Shown: one piece after another, positions 30,801 through 40,306 of the stretch | How the letters are laid out: each line of letters opens with the position of its first letter | Position numbering within the stretch: position 1 is the stretch's first letter | Assembly: GCA_964429135.1 (NCBI GenBank) | Contig: CAYSAU010000010.1 | Span: 5,642 to 69,641, forward strand | Length of the DNA stretch: 64,000 nt | Reading direction: 5' to 3' | Source: an uncultured Prolixibacteraceae bacterium | GTDB lineage: Bacteria > Bacteroidota > Bacteroidia > Bacteroidales > FEN-979 | Position numbers and translations under genes: made by a program | The notes under the pieces: generated by a model | What the model saw: the letters and a program-made list of their open reading frames with translations, nothing else | Told to the model about the DNA's origin: nothing | The model's database searches: none

Positions 30801-30887
30801 CATCATAATAAATATAAAGCTAAGAGTGATCAGGAGGGCAATTCTGTTCTTTAAGATTTGCACCACATAGGGTAGTGTTTTTTCCAT
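27879..30887 (-). CDS. M16C (PreP/pitrilysin-like) zinc metalloprotease, exported
   Basis: 1002 aa with the inverted zinc motif HILEHSVLNGS (HxxEH), the downstream GVVYGEMKG block, and an N-terminal signal/anchor. Confidence 0.85.
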   Translation of the reverse strand: MEKTLPYVVQILKNRIALLITLSFIFIMMMPEVKAQEIHHGFKLIEKRFVREVNAECYYYEHVKSGARLMKIAADDPNKMFGIAFKTIPESDNGTPHILEHSVLNGSKKFPVKSPFDVLSKGSLKTFLNAMTGKDITFYPVASMNDKDYFNLMNVYLDAVLNPLLYSDPRILKQEGWHHELTEKDSPVTYKGVVYGEMKGAFSDPTEELSYQIYKNLFPDNGYGFESGGYPAAIPTLTQDAFVNFHKRFYHPENSYILLYGNADLDKELTFIDKEYLNAFTRTGSRVDIEDQTPFRAMKDITASYPVMEGSDVHDKTFLSLTLVAGHNTDGALNMALDIITELLINQESAPIRLALQKAGIGQDVSASVANYKQNVIQITVQNANASDKQKFYDIVMSTLQDVLKKGLDKSEIQGVLNRTEFHLREGNNVQKGLVFLMQMYPGWFFAGDPFIGLEYEKPLAEVKKSLTTNYLENIIKKYFVNNPHSILLTLTPDPALDKERNEAVKEELKRYKEKLDDTALDALLKETKDLIAFQKRDDSPEALATIPLLTLKDIDPKAIWYGVKQKKLADVPVLHHEEFTNDIIYTNLYFDLRMLPQELIPYASLLSNLLGSLNTEKYSYGDLNKEMNINTGRLYTTLRSYLENLDDANLIPKFVLVSSAMKDKVDKTFELSTEILINTQFTDTARLKTLLLRHQSQLEASKKQEGAGVAATRLPSYFSNLGVFNELTGGLDYYWFITDLTKEFEKNADPVIANLKKTANLLFTRANLIASVTCDSKNLDAFNQELTHFITTLPKNKSDLQQWVFNIEKKNEGIRSASKVQYVYEGYDFKKLGYSWNGKMRVLNQILSREYLRNHIRVMGGAYGAGSSISPTGQMFFYSYRDPNLKETFDTYSGASDYLSKFDADEPVMTRYIIGTIAGMDMPQSNVQRGDQAVNYYFTKRTAEDLQRDREAVINTKVEDIRGFDQLIKDMVKQKTWCVYGNSEKLDASRELFDKLIQLDR

Positions 30888-31007
30888 GGTTTTCAGGGCT
30901 AAAAATTTTTTGTCAATAAAAATAGCAGATGAGAAAAATGCAAAAAATATAATTAGCCGTATGCTGATGAAAACTTGATATAAAGACGTGATTTGACGAT
31001 AAAAAAT

Positions 31008-31481
31008 TCAATAAGGTGTTTTATCCTGTTTTTTTTTCCACTCTTCGAATAATTCCCGGGATCTGTGATGGTCAACCTGGAGAAAGTGAAGCTTCCTGTT
31101 TTCTGGGGATTTCCCCAATTCTTCATAGATGTAATCGTCACGGAAACCAATATCCTGTGCATCGTAACGGGTGGAGCAATAATAAACCGTATCAATATTT
31201 GCCCAATAGATGGCGGCAAGGCACATCGGGCAAGGTTCACAAGTGGCGTAAAGGATACAGCCTGAAAGATCAAAACTTTCAATCTTTTTGCAGGCATTTC
31301 GGATGGCCACAATTTCAGCATGGGCAGTAGGGTCATGTTGTTCAATAACCCTGTTTCCCCCCTTGCCGATAATGGTATTGTTTTTTACTATTACGGCCCC
31401 GAAGGGACCTCCGATATTGTTCCTGACTGAATGGAAAGCTTCGCTGAAAGCTTCATTCAAGTATCCTTCCAATGTTTTCAT
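31008..31481 (-). CDS. guaD: Guanine deaminase (cytidine-deaminase-fold, B. subtilis GuaD type)
   Basis: 157 aa. GGPFGAVIVKNN...DPTAHAEIVAIRNAC...CEPCPMCLAAIYWA...GFRDDYIYEEL is nearly colinear with my recollection of B. subtilis GuaD, including the C-terminal D..IY.E segment. Confidence 0.8.
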   Translation of the reverse strand: MKTLEGYLNEAFSEAFHSVRNNIGGPFGAVIVKNNTIIGKGGNRVIEQHDPTAHAEIVAIRNACKKIESFDLSGCILYATCEPCPMCLAAIYWANIDTVYYCSTRYDAQDIGFRDDYIYEELGKSPENRKLHFLQVDHHRSRELFEEWKKKQDKTPY

Positions 31482-31580
31482 TGACCTTAGCTAATATTAA
31501 CCCGGAGATATTCCTCGTGGTAATCTGCCACAAAAATAAGCTAAAAACCCGCTAATTCCATACTGAAAGGAATTATCTCT

Positions 31581-31588
31581 TAAATTTG
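31581..31588 (+). promoter_or_regulatory. Putative -7 box (TAAATTTG) upstream of the ygfK operon
   Basis: Exact TAnnTTTG match 31 nt upstream of the GTG start at 31620. Confidence 0.4.
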
Positions 31589-31619
31589 GTGCATTGAAAA
31601 TGGTATCAAAAATTTAAAC

Positions 31620-34600
31620 GTGTCTGATCATTTTTTCCCTTTGTCGTTGCCAAATCTGATTCAAATCAGTCTTGACGGTATTCGTTCCCGGCGATTCATG
31701 GGAATTCCATCCAGTCTCTTTTTTTATCCAGAAAAAACCGATAAATTCGGCATGGAGCGTTACGGGAGGACCCTTTTAACCCCCCTGGGTGTTGCAGCCG
31801 GTCCCCATACCCAGCTTGCGCTTAACATCGCAGCGTCCTGGTTGTGCGGTGCCAGGTACATAGAGTTAAAAACAGTTCAGACCCTGGATGAACTGGAGGT
31901 TTCCAAGCCTTGTATCGACATGCATGACGAAGGGTATAATTGCGAATGGTCGCAGGAGCTGAAAATCAAGGAATCGTTTCAAGAGTACCTCCATGCCTGG
32001 GTTTTAATTCATATTCTTCATCAGGAACTGTCGCTCAAAGAGCCATTGGGCACTCTTTTTAATATGAGTGTCGGTTATAACCTGGAAGGCATACTAAAGG
32101 ATAATGTACAGTGGTTTTTTCACAAGATGCAGGATTGCAGCCAGGAGTTACTGAAAGTAAAAGAAGAGATTTACGGTATTTATCCAAAGATCGACACGCT
32201 GGAAATTCCTCATTGTATTTCTGATCATGTCACCCTGAGCACCATGCATGGTTGTCCTCCGGAAGAAATAGAAAAAATCGGGCTTTACCTGATTAAAGAA
32301 AAGAACCTGCATACCACCATCAAACTGAATCCCACATTACTGGGTCCTGTTGAATTAAGGAAATTGCTTAACGGTAGGCTGGGATTCAAAACCGAAGTGC
32401 CTGACCTTGCCTTTGAACATGATCTGCAATATCCCGATGCTATTCAGCTCATTCGGAAACTGAGCCAGGCTGCTGCCGAAAATGGCTTATTGTTCAGTGT
32501 TAAGTTGACGAATACCTTGGAAAGTTCAAATCACAGGAATGTTTTTGGCGAAAATGTTTCCATGATGTATATGAGTGGCAGGGCACTTCATCCCATCAGC
32601 ATCAGGCTTGCAAGAGAGCTTCAAAATGATTTTGAAGGAAAACTTGACATCTCTTTTTCAGCCGGAGTGGATTGTTTTAATATTTTGGATGTTCTGTCAT
32701 GCGGATTAAAACCAGTTACCGTCTGCAGCGACCTTCTGAAACCAGGAGGATACGGAAGATTATGGCAGTACATTGACACTATGCGAAAAAATCCGGAGCG
32801 ATTGAATCCTGATCAGGGAACAGCTTTCAAGAACCTGAAAAAGTATGCCAACCAGGTTGTGGATAATGCTGCTTATCATCAATCTTCTTGTGCAGAATCG
32901 TCCATTAAAACCAGCAGGCCCCTCGATTATTTCGATTGTATTCATGCCCCTTGTCAGGATACCTGCCCTACGAACCAGGATATTCCCGATTACCTGTATT
33001 ATGTTTCACAGGGAAATATGGATGCAGCGTTTAAGATTATTTTCGACACCAATCCTTTTCCTTCAGTTACAGGAATGGTTTGTGATCATCTCTGTCAGTT
33101 GAAATGCACGCGGATTAATTATGATGAATCACTTCGGATCCGGGAGATCAAACGTTTTGTGGCAGAGCATAACCAGCTTCCGTACCCTTGTCAGTTCGGT
33201 GGGCAGCCTATCCAAGAAGGGGAGGGTAGGAAGGCGGCCATAATTGGTGCCGGTCCTGCCGGCTTATCCTGTGCATGGTTTTTAAAACGTTCCGGATTTG
33301 ATGTTCATATTTATGAACAAAAGAGTATTCCCGGAGGTATGGTTTCAGCCGCTATTCCCTCTTTCCGCCTGACCGATGAGGCCATTGAAAGGGATATTCA
33401 GCGTATCCTGAATTCAGGGGTTAAGCTTCACGACAATTTTCCGGTTACCCGTGAAAATTTTGATGTGATCCGGAGCAGCCACGATGTGTTATTTCTTGCC
33501 GCCGGTGCTCAGCGGTCAGTGAATTTGAAAATTGACGGGATTGATTTATCAGGAGTCATCGACCCGCTGGAGTTTTTATTTAAGGTTAAAGAAAATCGAC
33601 CACCCGTTTTAGGTCAGCACGTGCTGATCATAGGTGGAGGCAATACTGCTATGGATGCTGCGCGTACCGCTTACAGATTGCTTGGGAAAAAGGGGAAAGT
33701 GAGCGTGATCTATCGCCGAACTATAAAGGAAATGCCAGCCGACAAGGGAGAAATTCAAGCGGTGAAAAACGAAGGCATAGAGATTATGGAACTTGTTAAT
33801 CCTGAAAGGGTTATTGGAAGAGATGGAAAGGTAACAGCATTGTCTTGCTCCCGCAATGTTCTATCTTTAAAAGGCAAAGACGGGAGACCGATTCCGATAA
33901 AAATTCCGGAATCGGAATTTGAAATAGGTTGTGATACAATCATTCCTGCCATTGGGCAGGAATTGGGGATTGATTTTATCGATAGTAATTTATTAAGAAC
34001 GAAAACACTAAGCTATAAAACCGGTATTGACCATTTGTACATCGGAGGGGATGCTCTTCGGGGTGCATCCACTGCCATCCATGCCATAGCTGACGGACGT
34101 AAGGCAGCCGAAGAAATACTGACAGATTTCCGGATATCTCCCTTAAAGCAACTAACTGCAGTTGAAAAAAATATTTCAGAAGATGAGCTTATCCGGAGGA
34201 AATCCATCCGGCGATTTGGTCATTCTCCTTTGGAAACACCCTTTCATGATCGTCAGAATTTCAAACCCGTCATGGCTTCCTTTCTGGAAGAAGAGGCAGG
34301 GGATGAAGCTTCCCGTTGTTTGTTCTGTGATGAAATTTGCAATATCTGCGTGAGTGTTTGTCCAAATCTGGCCAATTTTCCTTATCGCATAAAACCCGTA
34401 AAATATCAGTTACAAAAAGCAGTTTTGCAAACCGATGGAGTTATTCGTTTTGAAGAAGATCAGGTTTTCACCGTTGATCAGGCCATTCAGGTACTTAACA
34501 TCCGTGATCTTTGCAATGAATGCGGAAATTGTACCACCTTTTGTCCAAGCAGTGGCAGGCCGTTTGCGGATAAACCAGGGCTTTCGCTTTCCATGGAATC

Positions 34601-34895
34601 TTTCAAACAGGAAAGAGAAGGATATTACCTGAGTAAACTTCCCGGGAAGAATATCCTGATTTTTAAAGAAAAAGAGATGATAAAAACCCTAACTCTTGAA
34701 GGAGATCGATATATTTTTGAAACAGACCAGGGAAAAGCCGTTCTTGAAGTATCTACTTTCAGACCTCTGGATGTTAAATTCAATACACCTTGTATGAAAG
34801 CGTATCATTTTACCTTTGCAGCAGGAATGAGCATCATTCTTCAGGGAGCAGAGCAAATATCAATGAGGAATGAAGAATTAACAAGTAAGAATTAA
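31620..34895 (+). CDS. ygfK: YgfK-like Fe-S flavoprotein (DPD/DHOD-like TIM barrel + GltD-like FAD/NADPH domain + 4Fe-4S clusters; 'putative selenate reductase subunit YgfK' family)
   Basis: Colinear with remembered E. coli YgfK blocks: GVAAGPHTQLA, ELKTVQ, FNMSVGYNLEGI, TLSTMHGCPP, KLNPTLLG, YMSGRAL, DLLKPGGY, CDHLCQ..CTR.NYDE.L.IRE.K, AIIGAGPAGLS, and the C-terminal CNECGNC. GTG start. Confidence 0.9.
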   Translation: MSDHFFPLSLPNLIQISLDGIRSRRFMGIPSSLFFYPEKTDKFGMERYGRTLLTPLGVAAGPHTQLALNIAASWLCGARYIELKTVQTLDELEVSKPCIDMHDEGYNCEWSQELKIKESFQEYLHAWVLIHILHQELSLKEPLGTLFNMSVGYNLEGILKDNVQWFFHKMQDCSQELLKVKEEIYGIYPKIDTLEIPHCISDHVTLSTMHGCPPEEIEKIGLYLIKEKNLHTTIKLNPTLLGPVELRKLLNGRLGFKTEVPDLAFEHDLQYPDAIQLIRKLSQAAAENGLLFSVKLTNTLESSNHRNVFGENVSMMYMSGRALHPISIRLARELQNDFEGKLDISFSAGVDCFNILDVLSCGLKPVTVCSDLLKPGGYGRLWQYIDTMRKNPERLNPDQGTAFKNLKKYANQVVDNAAYHQSSCAESSIKTSRPLDYFDCIHAPCQDTCPTNQDIPDYLYYVSQGNMDAAFKIIFDTNPFPSVTGMVCDHLCQLKCTRINYDESLRIREIKRFVAEHNQLPYPCQFGGQPIQEGEGRKAAIIGAGPAGLSCAWFLKRSGFDVHIYEQKSIPGGMVSAAIPSFRLTDEAIERDIQRILNSGVKLHDNFPVTRENFDVIRSSHDVLFLAAGAQRSVNLKIDGIDLSGVIDPLEFLFKVKENRPPVLGQHVLIIGGGNTAMDAARTAYRLLGKKGKVSVIYRRTIKEMPADKGEIQAVKNEGIEIMELVNPERVIGRDGKVTALSCSRNVLSLKGKDGRPIPIKIPESEFEIGCDTIIPAIGQELGIDFIDSNLLRTKTLSYKTGIDHLYIGGDALRGASTAIHAIADGRKAAEEILTDFRISPLKQLTAVEKNISEDELIRRKSIRRFGHSPLETPFHDRQNFKPVMASFLEEEAGDEASRCLFCDEICNICVSVCPNLANFPYRIKPVKYQLQKAVLQTDGVIRFEEDQVFTVDQAIQVLNIRDLCNECGNCTTFCPSSGRPFADKPGLSLSMESFKQEREGYYLSKLPGKNILIFKEKEMIKTLTLEGDRYIFETDQGKAVLEVSTFRPLDVKFNTPCMKAYHFTFAAGMSIILQGAEQISMRNEELTSKN

Positions 34896-34907
34896 TACCT
34901 TTATGAA

Positions 34908-36380
34908 ATGATTCCAATTACCGACGAGATTGTTGATCAGGTAGTGTTGCAAAAGGCTGTCGATCGTTACCGTGACAAGGGCATTATCCTGCCGACTTTT
35001 TCACAGTTGCAGCATCCGGAGCTGGTGCCTGAAAAGGTTAAAGAAAAATTGAAGGTCATAGGTTTATGGGATTTACATCCCCTGAACCTCTTCCGGATCA
35101 CATGGAAGAATGAACCTAAAAGATCAGGGGGTTTATATGGTTATCCGAACTATATTGAACTTCCAAAATCCATTACGGGTGTTGATGCCCGCATTATTGT
35201 CATGATCGGTAAATGGTTTCCGACCGGGGCTCACAAGGTGGGTGCTGCCTATGGTTGCCTTGCACCGCGTATCATCACCGGTCAGTTTGACCCCACCTAC
35301 CATAAAGCCGTCTGGCCTTCCACCGGGAATTACTGCCGAGGTGGGGCATTTGATTCTTATCTGATGGATGTAACGGCAATTGCTATCCTTCCTGAGGAAA
35401 TGAGCCGTGAGCGTTTTGAGTGGTTAAAAGAGATCGGCGCCGAAGTAATTGCTACTCCCGGGTGTGAATCCAACGTTAAGGAAATTTATGATAAATGTTG
35501 GGAAATCAGGCATACCCGTAAGGATTGTATAATCTTTAACCAGTTTGATGAATTTGGTAACTCCTGCTGGCATTATGAGGTTACCGGGCATGCGTTGGAA
35601 GAAGTTTATCGACTGGTTGCTGGAAGAAACTCCCAGCTGGCTGCTTACATTTCTGCCACCGGTTCTGCCGGTACTATTGCAGCAGGAGATTATCTGCGTA
35701 CCCATTTCCCCCATTTGAAAGTGGTGGCTTCTGAGGCACTGCAATGTCCGACCCTTCTGCGTAATGGCTTTGGCGGCCATCGGATCGAAGGGATAGGTGA
35801 TAAACACGTTCCCTGGATACATAATGTAAAAAACACCAATGTAGTGACTGCCATTGATGATGAATATTGCATGCGGTTATTCCGCTTATTCAACGAAAAA
35901 TCAGGACATGCATATCTTGCTTCCAGTGGGGTTGATCAGACATTGATTAATCAGCTTGAAATGATTGGTATATCCGGAATTGCCAATATCCTTTCAGCCA
36001 TAAAAACAGCTAAATATTTCGATCTGACTGGAGATGATATTCTGATGACCATAGCTACAGACTCTGCAGAGATGTATGTTTCCCGTTTGGCTGAACTTAA
36101 TTCTGAACGGGGAGCCTATACCCTGCTTCAGGCTGCAAAAGATCACGAAAAATGCATGCTTGGAACGACTACTGATTACATGAAGGAGCTAACCTATGAG
36201 GATCAGAAAGTGATCCATAACCTAAAATATTTTACCTGGATTGAACAACAGGAAAAGGAGGTGGAGGATCTTCGTCAGCTTTGGGACGACAGAGAAATCT
36301 GGCCAAAAGTTTTCAGTCAGCCTACCCGTTGGGATGAACTGATCAATGAATTCAATGAGCGCACAGGTTTGTTAAAATGA
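34908..36380 (+). CDS. Fold-type II PLP-dependent enzyme (TrpB/CysK-like), unknown specificity
   Basis: 490 aa. FPTGAHKVGAAYG resembles the PLP-lysine motif of TrpB-type enzymes (HTGAHK). There is a glycine-rich phosphate loop (SATGSAGTIAAG). The stop overlaps the next ATG (ATGA). Confidence 0.7.
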   Translation: MIPITDEIVDQVVLQKAVDRYRDKGIILPTFSQLQHPELVPEKVKEKLKVIGLWDLHPLNLFRITWKNEPKRSGGLYGYPNYIELPKSITGVDARIIVMIGKWFPTGAHKVGAAYGCLAPRIITGQFDPTYHKAVWPSTGNYCRGGAFDSYLMDVTAIAILPEEMSRERFEWLKEIGAEVIATPGCESNVKEIYDKCWEIRHTRKDCIIFNQFDEFGNSCWHYEVTGHALEEVYRLVAGRNSQLAAYISATGSAGTIAAGDYLRTHFPHLKVVASEALQCPTLLRNGFGGHRIEGIGDKHVPWIHNVKNTNVVTAIDDEYCMRLFRLFNEKSGHAYLASSGVDQTLINQLEMIGISGIANILSAIKTAKYFDLTGDDILMTIATDSAEMYVSRLAELNSERGAYTLLQAAKDHEKCMLGTTTDYMKELTYEDQKVIHNLKYFTWIEQQEKEVEDLRQLWDDREIWPKVFSQPTRWDELINEFNERTGLLK

Positions 36381-37681
36381 CAGGGGACAAATTTTTTTAC
36401 GAATGTAATGACTGCCAGGCTGAATATGCTGCAGATAAGGTCATGTACCTTTGTCCGATCTGCAGCAGGGATAATGTCGCAAACCAGCCTCCGAAAGGAG
36501 TATTGAAAACCATTTTCCGCTACGACAAAATAAAAAGAAAAGTGTCTGCCCACAACCGGTTTCAGCATCTTGCCACAGAAGGTTTTTTTTCTCTTCTTCC
36601 CTTAGATGAACTGAAAAACTTACCGGGATTAAGGGTTGGGAATACACCTATGTACAGGTTTGATCGTTGGATCGGGGAAGGAACGGATAAGCGGACAGGG
36701 GGTCAAGCGGACAGGTCGATGGAAGAGCTGGATTTTGAATTGTATCTGAAAGATGATTCCCAGAACCCGACTTTTTCTTTTAAAGACAGGGCTTCAGCAT
36801 TGGTATCTGCTTTTGCAAAGGAACATGGGATTTCAACGATCATAGCCGCTTCAACGGGAAATGCCGGTTCATCGCTGGCCGGTATTTGTGCCTCTCAGGG
36901 GCAAACTTCTTTTATTTTTGTTCCTTCCACCGCACCACAGGCCAAACTGACCCAGATTGTCATGTACGGTGCCAGAATCATTCCCGTTAAAGGAAATTAC
37001 GATAATGCATTCGATCTGAGTGTGAAGGCTACGGAGGTTTTTGGATATTATAACCGTAATACTGCCTATAATCCCCTGACCATTGAAGGGAAAAAGATGG
37101 TTTCATTTGAGATTTATGCTCAGCTTGGATACCGGGTTCCCGACCGGATTTTCGTTCCCACGGGAGATGGAGTTATTATTTCAGGAGTTTATAAGGGATT
37201 TGAAGATCTGCTGAAACTGGATATTATTGATCATATTCCAACAATCATCGCGGTCCAGGCAGAAGGCAGTGATAACCTTATCCGGAACCTGAAGTCTGTG
37301 AGTTTTCATGCTATTCCTTCGGAGACAATAGCGGATTCTATTTCAGTGGATGTCCCAAGGAATTTTTATATGACCAAGGATTACCTGAAAAAATATCAGG
37401 GTGAATGGATTAGTGTTAGCGACAATGAAATCCTTCTTGCTTCCCGGGAACTTGCGCGCACAACTGGTATTTTCCAGGAGCCCGCTGCAGTTGCCGCTTT
37501 CGCCGGCATGCTGAAATACCATCATGGGGAAGCGATCCAGCCAGGCTCAAAGAATGTTGTTTTGCTTACAGGTAGCGGGCTCAAGGATCTAAGATCAGTT
37601 CAGCCGCTGATCAGTATCCCGAGGCCGATAGAGCCCGATTTGACATCGATTCGGGATATGTTCAAGGAATATTTGTCATAA
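36377..37681 (+). CDS. Threonine-synthase-like fold-type II PLP enzyme with N-terminal zinc ribbon
   Basis: YECNDCQ...CPICS zinc ribbon. FSFKDRASA is the PLP lysine motif. STGNAGSSLA and PTGDGVIISG loops are present. Confidence 0.75.
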   Translation: MTGDKFFYECNDCQAEYAADKVMYLCPICSRDNVANQPPKGVLKTIFRYDKIKRKVSAHNRFQHLATEGFFSLLPLDELKNLPGLRVGNTPMYRFDRWIGEGTDKRTGGQADRSMEELDFELYLKDDSQNPTFSFKDRASALVSAFAKEHGISTIIAASTGNAGSSLAGICASQGQTSFIFVPSTAPQAKLTQIVMYGARIIPVKGNYDNAFDLSVKATEVFGYYNRNTAYNPLTIEGKKMVSFEIYAQLGYRVPDRIFVPTGDGVIISGVYKGFEDLLKLDIIDHIPTIIAVQAEGSDNLIRNLKSVSFHAIPSETIADSISVDVPRNFYMTKDYLKKYQGEWISVSDNEILLASRELARTTGIFQEPAAVAAFAGMLKYHHGEAIQPGSKNVVLLTGSGLKDLRSVQPLISIPRPIEPDLTSIRDMFKEYLS

Positions 37682-37689
37682 GCTTCAGC

Positions 37690-40287
37690 ATGGTCTCTTT
37701 GACTTTAAATTCACGTAAAATTCAATATACCGGTGATGGAAACCGGACACTTTTATCGTTCTTACGCAACGATGAAGGAATCATTTCAGTCAAAGACGGT
37801 TGTTCCGGCCAGGCAGCTTGCGGAGCCTGCATGGTAGAGATCAACGGGAAGGCAAAGCTTTCATGTATACAGAAGATGAAATTCCTGGAGGGGGCAGAAA
37901 TAATCACCATGGAAGGTATTCCTGAAAATATCCGGGATATTATTGCCAGGGCTTATGTTGAGAAAGGAGCTGTTCAATGCGGATTCTGTACACCGGGGCT
38001 GATCATGCGGACAAAAGTTTTATTTTCCGAAAACCCGAATCCTGACCGGGAACAAATTAAAAAAGCCATCAAACTCAACCTCTGCCGCTGTACCGGTTAT
38101 GTAAAAATTCTTGATGCTATTGAAGAAGCCCTGAAAAAACTGAACCAGGATAATGAACAAGAATCTGAAACGCTGAATGCAGGAATAGGGCAAGCCCTAA
38201 TCAAATATGAAGCCTATGAAACGGCCATTGGAAAACGTTTGTTTATCAATGATATGCATTTTGACGGGATGTTATTTGCTTCACTTCGATTTAGCGATCA
38301 TCCCAGAGCCAGGGTTTTAAGTATTGATACCTCCCTGGCAGAAAAAATGAATGGGGTTGAAAAGATTTTTCTGGCCAAAGATATCCCTGGTGACAGATAT
38401 ACCGGATTGATTTTCAACGATTGGCCATTGATGATTGCCGTGGGTGAAACAACTAATTACATCGGCGATGTCATCGCCGGAGTTGTCGCCCGTTCCGAAA
38501 CGATTGCCCGCCAGGCATCGGCCCTGATAAAGATAGATTACGAAATGCTTGAGCCGGTATCAGATATCCACCAGGCGATTTTACCTGTATCTCCTGTGGT
38601 GCATCCGGGTAAATCCAACCTTCTGGAGAAATGTATTATTCGCCGGGGATCAGACATCTCAGAAATTTTCAGGGAATCAGCCTATGTTGCATCGGGTATT
38701 TATGAAACCCAACGGATTGAACATGCTTTTCTGGAAACGGAGGCAGGCATTGCACTGCCTGATGAGGATGGAATCCATCTGTATTCCCAAGGACAAGGTA
38801 TCTATGTTGACCAGCGTCAGGTTGCTTCCCTTCTTGGATTGAATGAAAACCAGGTCAGGGTGACGCTGGTTCCCAGCGGGGGCGGTTTTGGCGGCCGTGA
38901 AGATATAACGGTGCAGGGACATGTCGCCCTCTTTGCATGGTTACTGAAAAAACCGGTCAAACTTCATCTTTCGCGGGAGGAATCCATTATCATGCATCCC
39001 AAGCGGCACCCAGTATGGATGGACATTATCCTAGCTTGTGATGAAAATGGAATGCTTACCGGATTGAAATTGCTTGCCATTGGCGATACCGGGGCTTATG
39101 CTTCCGTGGGTACAAAGGTCATGGAAAGAGTGGCCGGTCATGCCAGCGGAGGATATCATGTTCCTCATGTCGAGATAGAGTCGCTTACCGTTTATACCAA
39201 TAATATTCCTTCCGGCGCCATGCGCGGTTTTGGTGCCAACCAGGCAGCTTTTGCCCTCGAAAGCTGCATTGATGAACTTTGTGAAAAGGGGAAATTTGAT
39301 CGATGGAAGTTTCGCTACGACAATGCTCTGGATGAAGGGAAAATGACGGCTACCGGACAAATACTTGGGAAAGGAGTAGGGATTAAAGCCTGTCTGCTGG
39401 CTCTGAAAGATCAATTCTATGCTGCAAAATATTCAGGTATTGCCTGTGGAATCAAAAACTCCGGTGTCGGAAACGGAATGACCGATTTCTGCGATGTGAA
39501 GATCCGTATTCTTGAAAATGGCCGGGTTTTAATTGAGCATGGCTGGACCGAAATGGGACAAGGAGTTCAAAATATGGCCATACAGGTACTTCACCAGGAA
39601 ACGGGTATCCCGGCTGACCTTATTGATGTTGAGGTTGATACAAAAGCTGAATTGCCGACAGGAATGACCACTTCTTCCCGTGCAACGGCCTTGCTTGGGA
39701 ATGCCATTATCGATGCTTCCATTGCCATTCGGGAAGATATGGATCAGTTTAGATCGTCCTGCAACGAATTTAAGGAGGAAGCAGTTCGGCAGATTCTTAT
39801 ACATCTTACCGGGAAAACCTATACCGGGAAATATTATTGCGACTGGACCACCAAACCCGGCGCTTCCGTGGACAAGATCATCACGCATTATTCCTACGGG
39901 TATGCCGCCCAGTTGGTTACCCTGAATGAGCAGGGAGAAATTGAAAAAGTTGTTGCTGCCCATGATGCCGGGAAAATCATGAATCCCATGTTGTTTGAAG
40001 GGCAGATCCAGGGTGCCGTACACATGGGACTTGGTTATGCCCTCACGGAAGATCTTTTCATGAAGGATAGCCGTTTAGTTAGTACCCGTCTTCGTGATTG
40101 CGGAGTACTGAAAGCATCTGAAACGCCTGAAATCGAAGTCATCGGCATTGAGGAGCCTGATCCTGTCGGACCTTATGGGGCAAAGGGCATTGGTGAAATC
40201 GGGCTGGTTCCCACGGCTGCGGCTGTGGCCAATGCCTTATACACTTTTGATGGGATCAGGAGAAAGAAATTACCCATGAAAAGATAG
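37690..40287 (+). CDS. Molybdenum hydroxylase, single-chain 2x[2Fe-2S] + molybdopterin-binding domains, no FAD domain (D. gigas MOP / E. coli XdhD-like; selenium-dependent molybdenum hydroxylase family candidate)
   Basis: CSGQAACGACMV and CGFCTPG...CRCTGY are Fe-S motifs. GGGFGGRED and the GEIGLVPTAAAVANA C-terminal blocks are typical of the xanthine oxidase family. Confidence 0.85.
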   Translation: MVSLTLNSRKIQYTGDGNRTLLSFLRNDEGIISVKDGCSGQAACGACMVEINGKAKLSCIQKMKFLEGAEIITMEGIPENIRDIIARAYVEKGAVQCGFCTPGLIMRTKVLFSENPNPDREQIKKAIKLNLCRCTGYVKILDAIEEALKKLNQDNEQESETLNAGIGQALIKYEAYETAIGKRLFINDMHFDGMLFASLRFSDHPRARVLSIDTSLAEKMNGVEKIFLAKDIPGDRYTGLIFNDWPLMIAVGETTNYIGDVIAGVVARSETIARQASALIKIDYEMLEPVSDIHQAILPVSPVVHPGKSNLLEKCIIRRGSDISEIFRESAYVASGIYETQRIEHAFLETEAGIALPDEDGIHLYSQGQGIYVDQRQVASLLGLNENQVRVTLVPSGGGFGGREDITVQGHVALFAWLLKKPVKLHLSREESIIMHPKRHPVWMDIILACDENGMLTGLKLLAIGDTGAYASVGTKVMERVAGHASGGYHVPHVEIESLTVYTNNIPSGAMRGFGANQAAFALESCIDELCEKGKFDRWKFRYDNALDEGKMTATGQILGKGVGIKACLLALKDQFYAAKYSGIACGIKNSGVGNGMTDFCDVKIRILENGRVLIEHGWTEMGQGVQNMAIQVLHQETGIPADLIDVEVDTKAELPTGMTTSSRATALLGNAIIDASIAIREDMDQFRSSCNEFKEEAVRQILIHLTGKTYTGKYYCDWTTKPGASVDKIITHYSYGYAAQLVTLNEQGEIEKVVAAHDAGKIMNPMLFEGQIQGAVHMGLGYALTEDLFMKDSRLVSTRLRDCGVLKASETPEIEVIGIEEPDPVGPYGAKGIGEIGLVPTAAAVANALYTFDGIRRKKLPMKR

Positions 40288-40306
40288 ATAACATTTTCCT
40301 GATCTC

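Noticed and set aside
31482-31619. Search for a purine riboswitch in the guaD/ygfK divergent region, and a Moco riboswitch in the xdhC/NTPase divergent region (61836..61915)
   Set aside because: Neither spacer shows the conserved purine-riboswitch core or a Moco-motif-like multi-stem structure by eye. Only a TAnnTTTG promoter box is evident. A covariance-model scan would be needed to be definitive.
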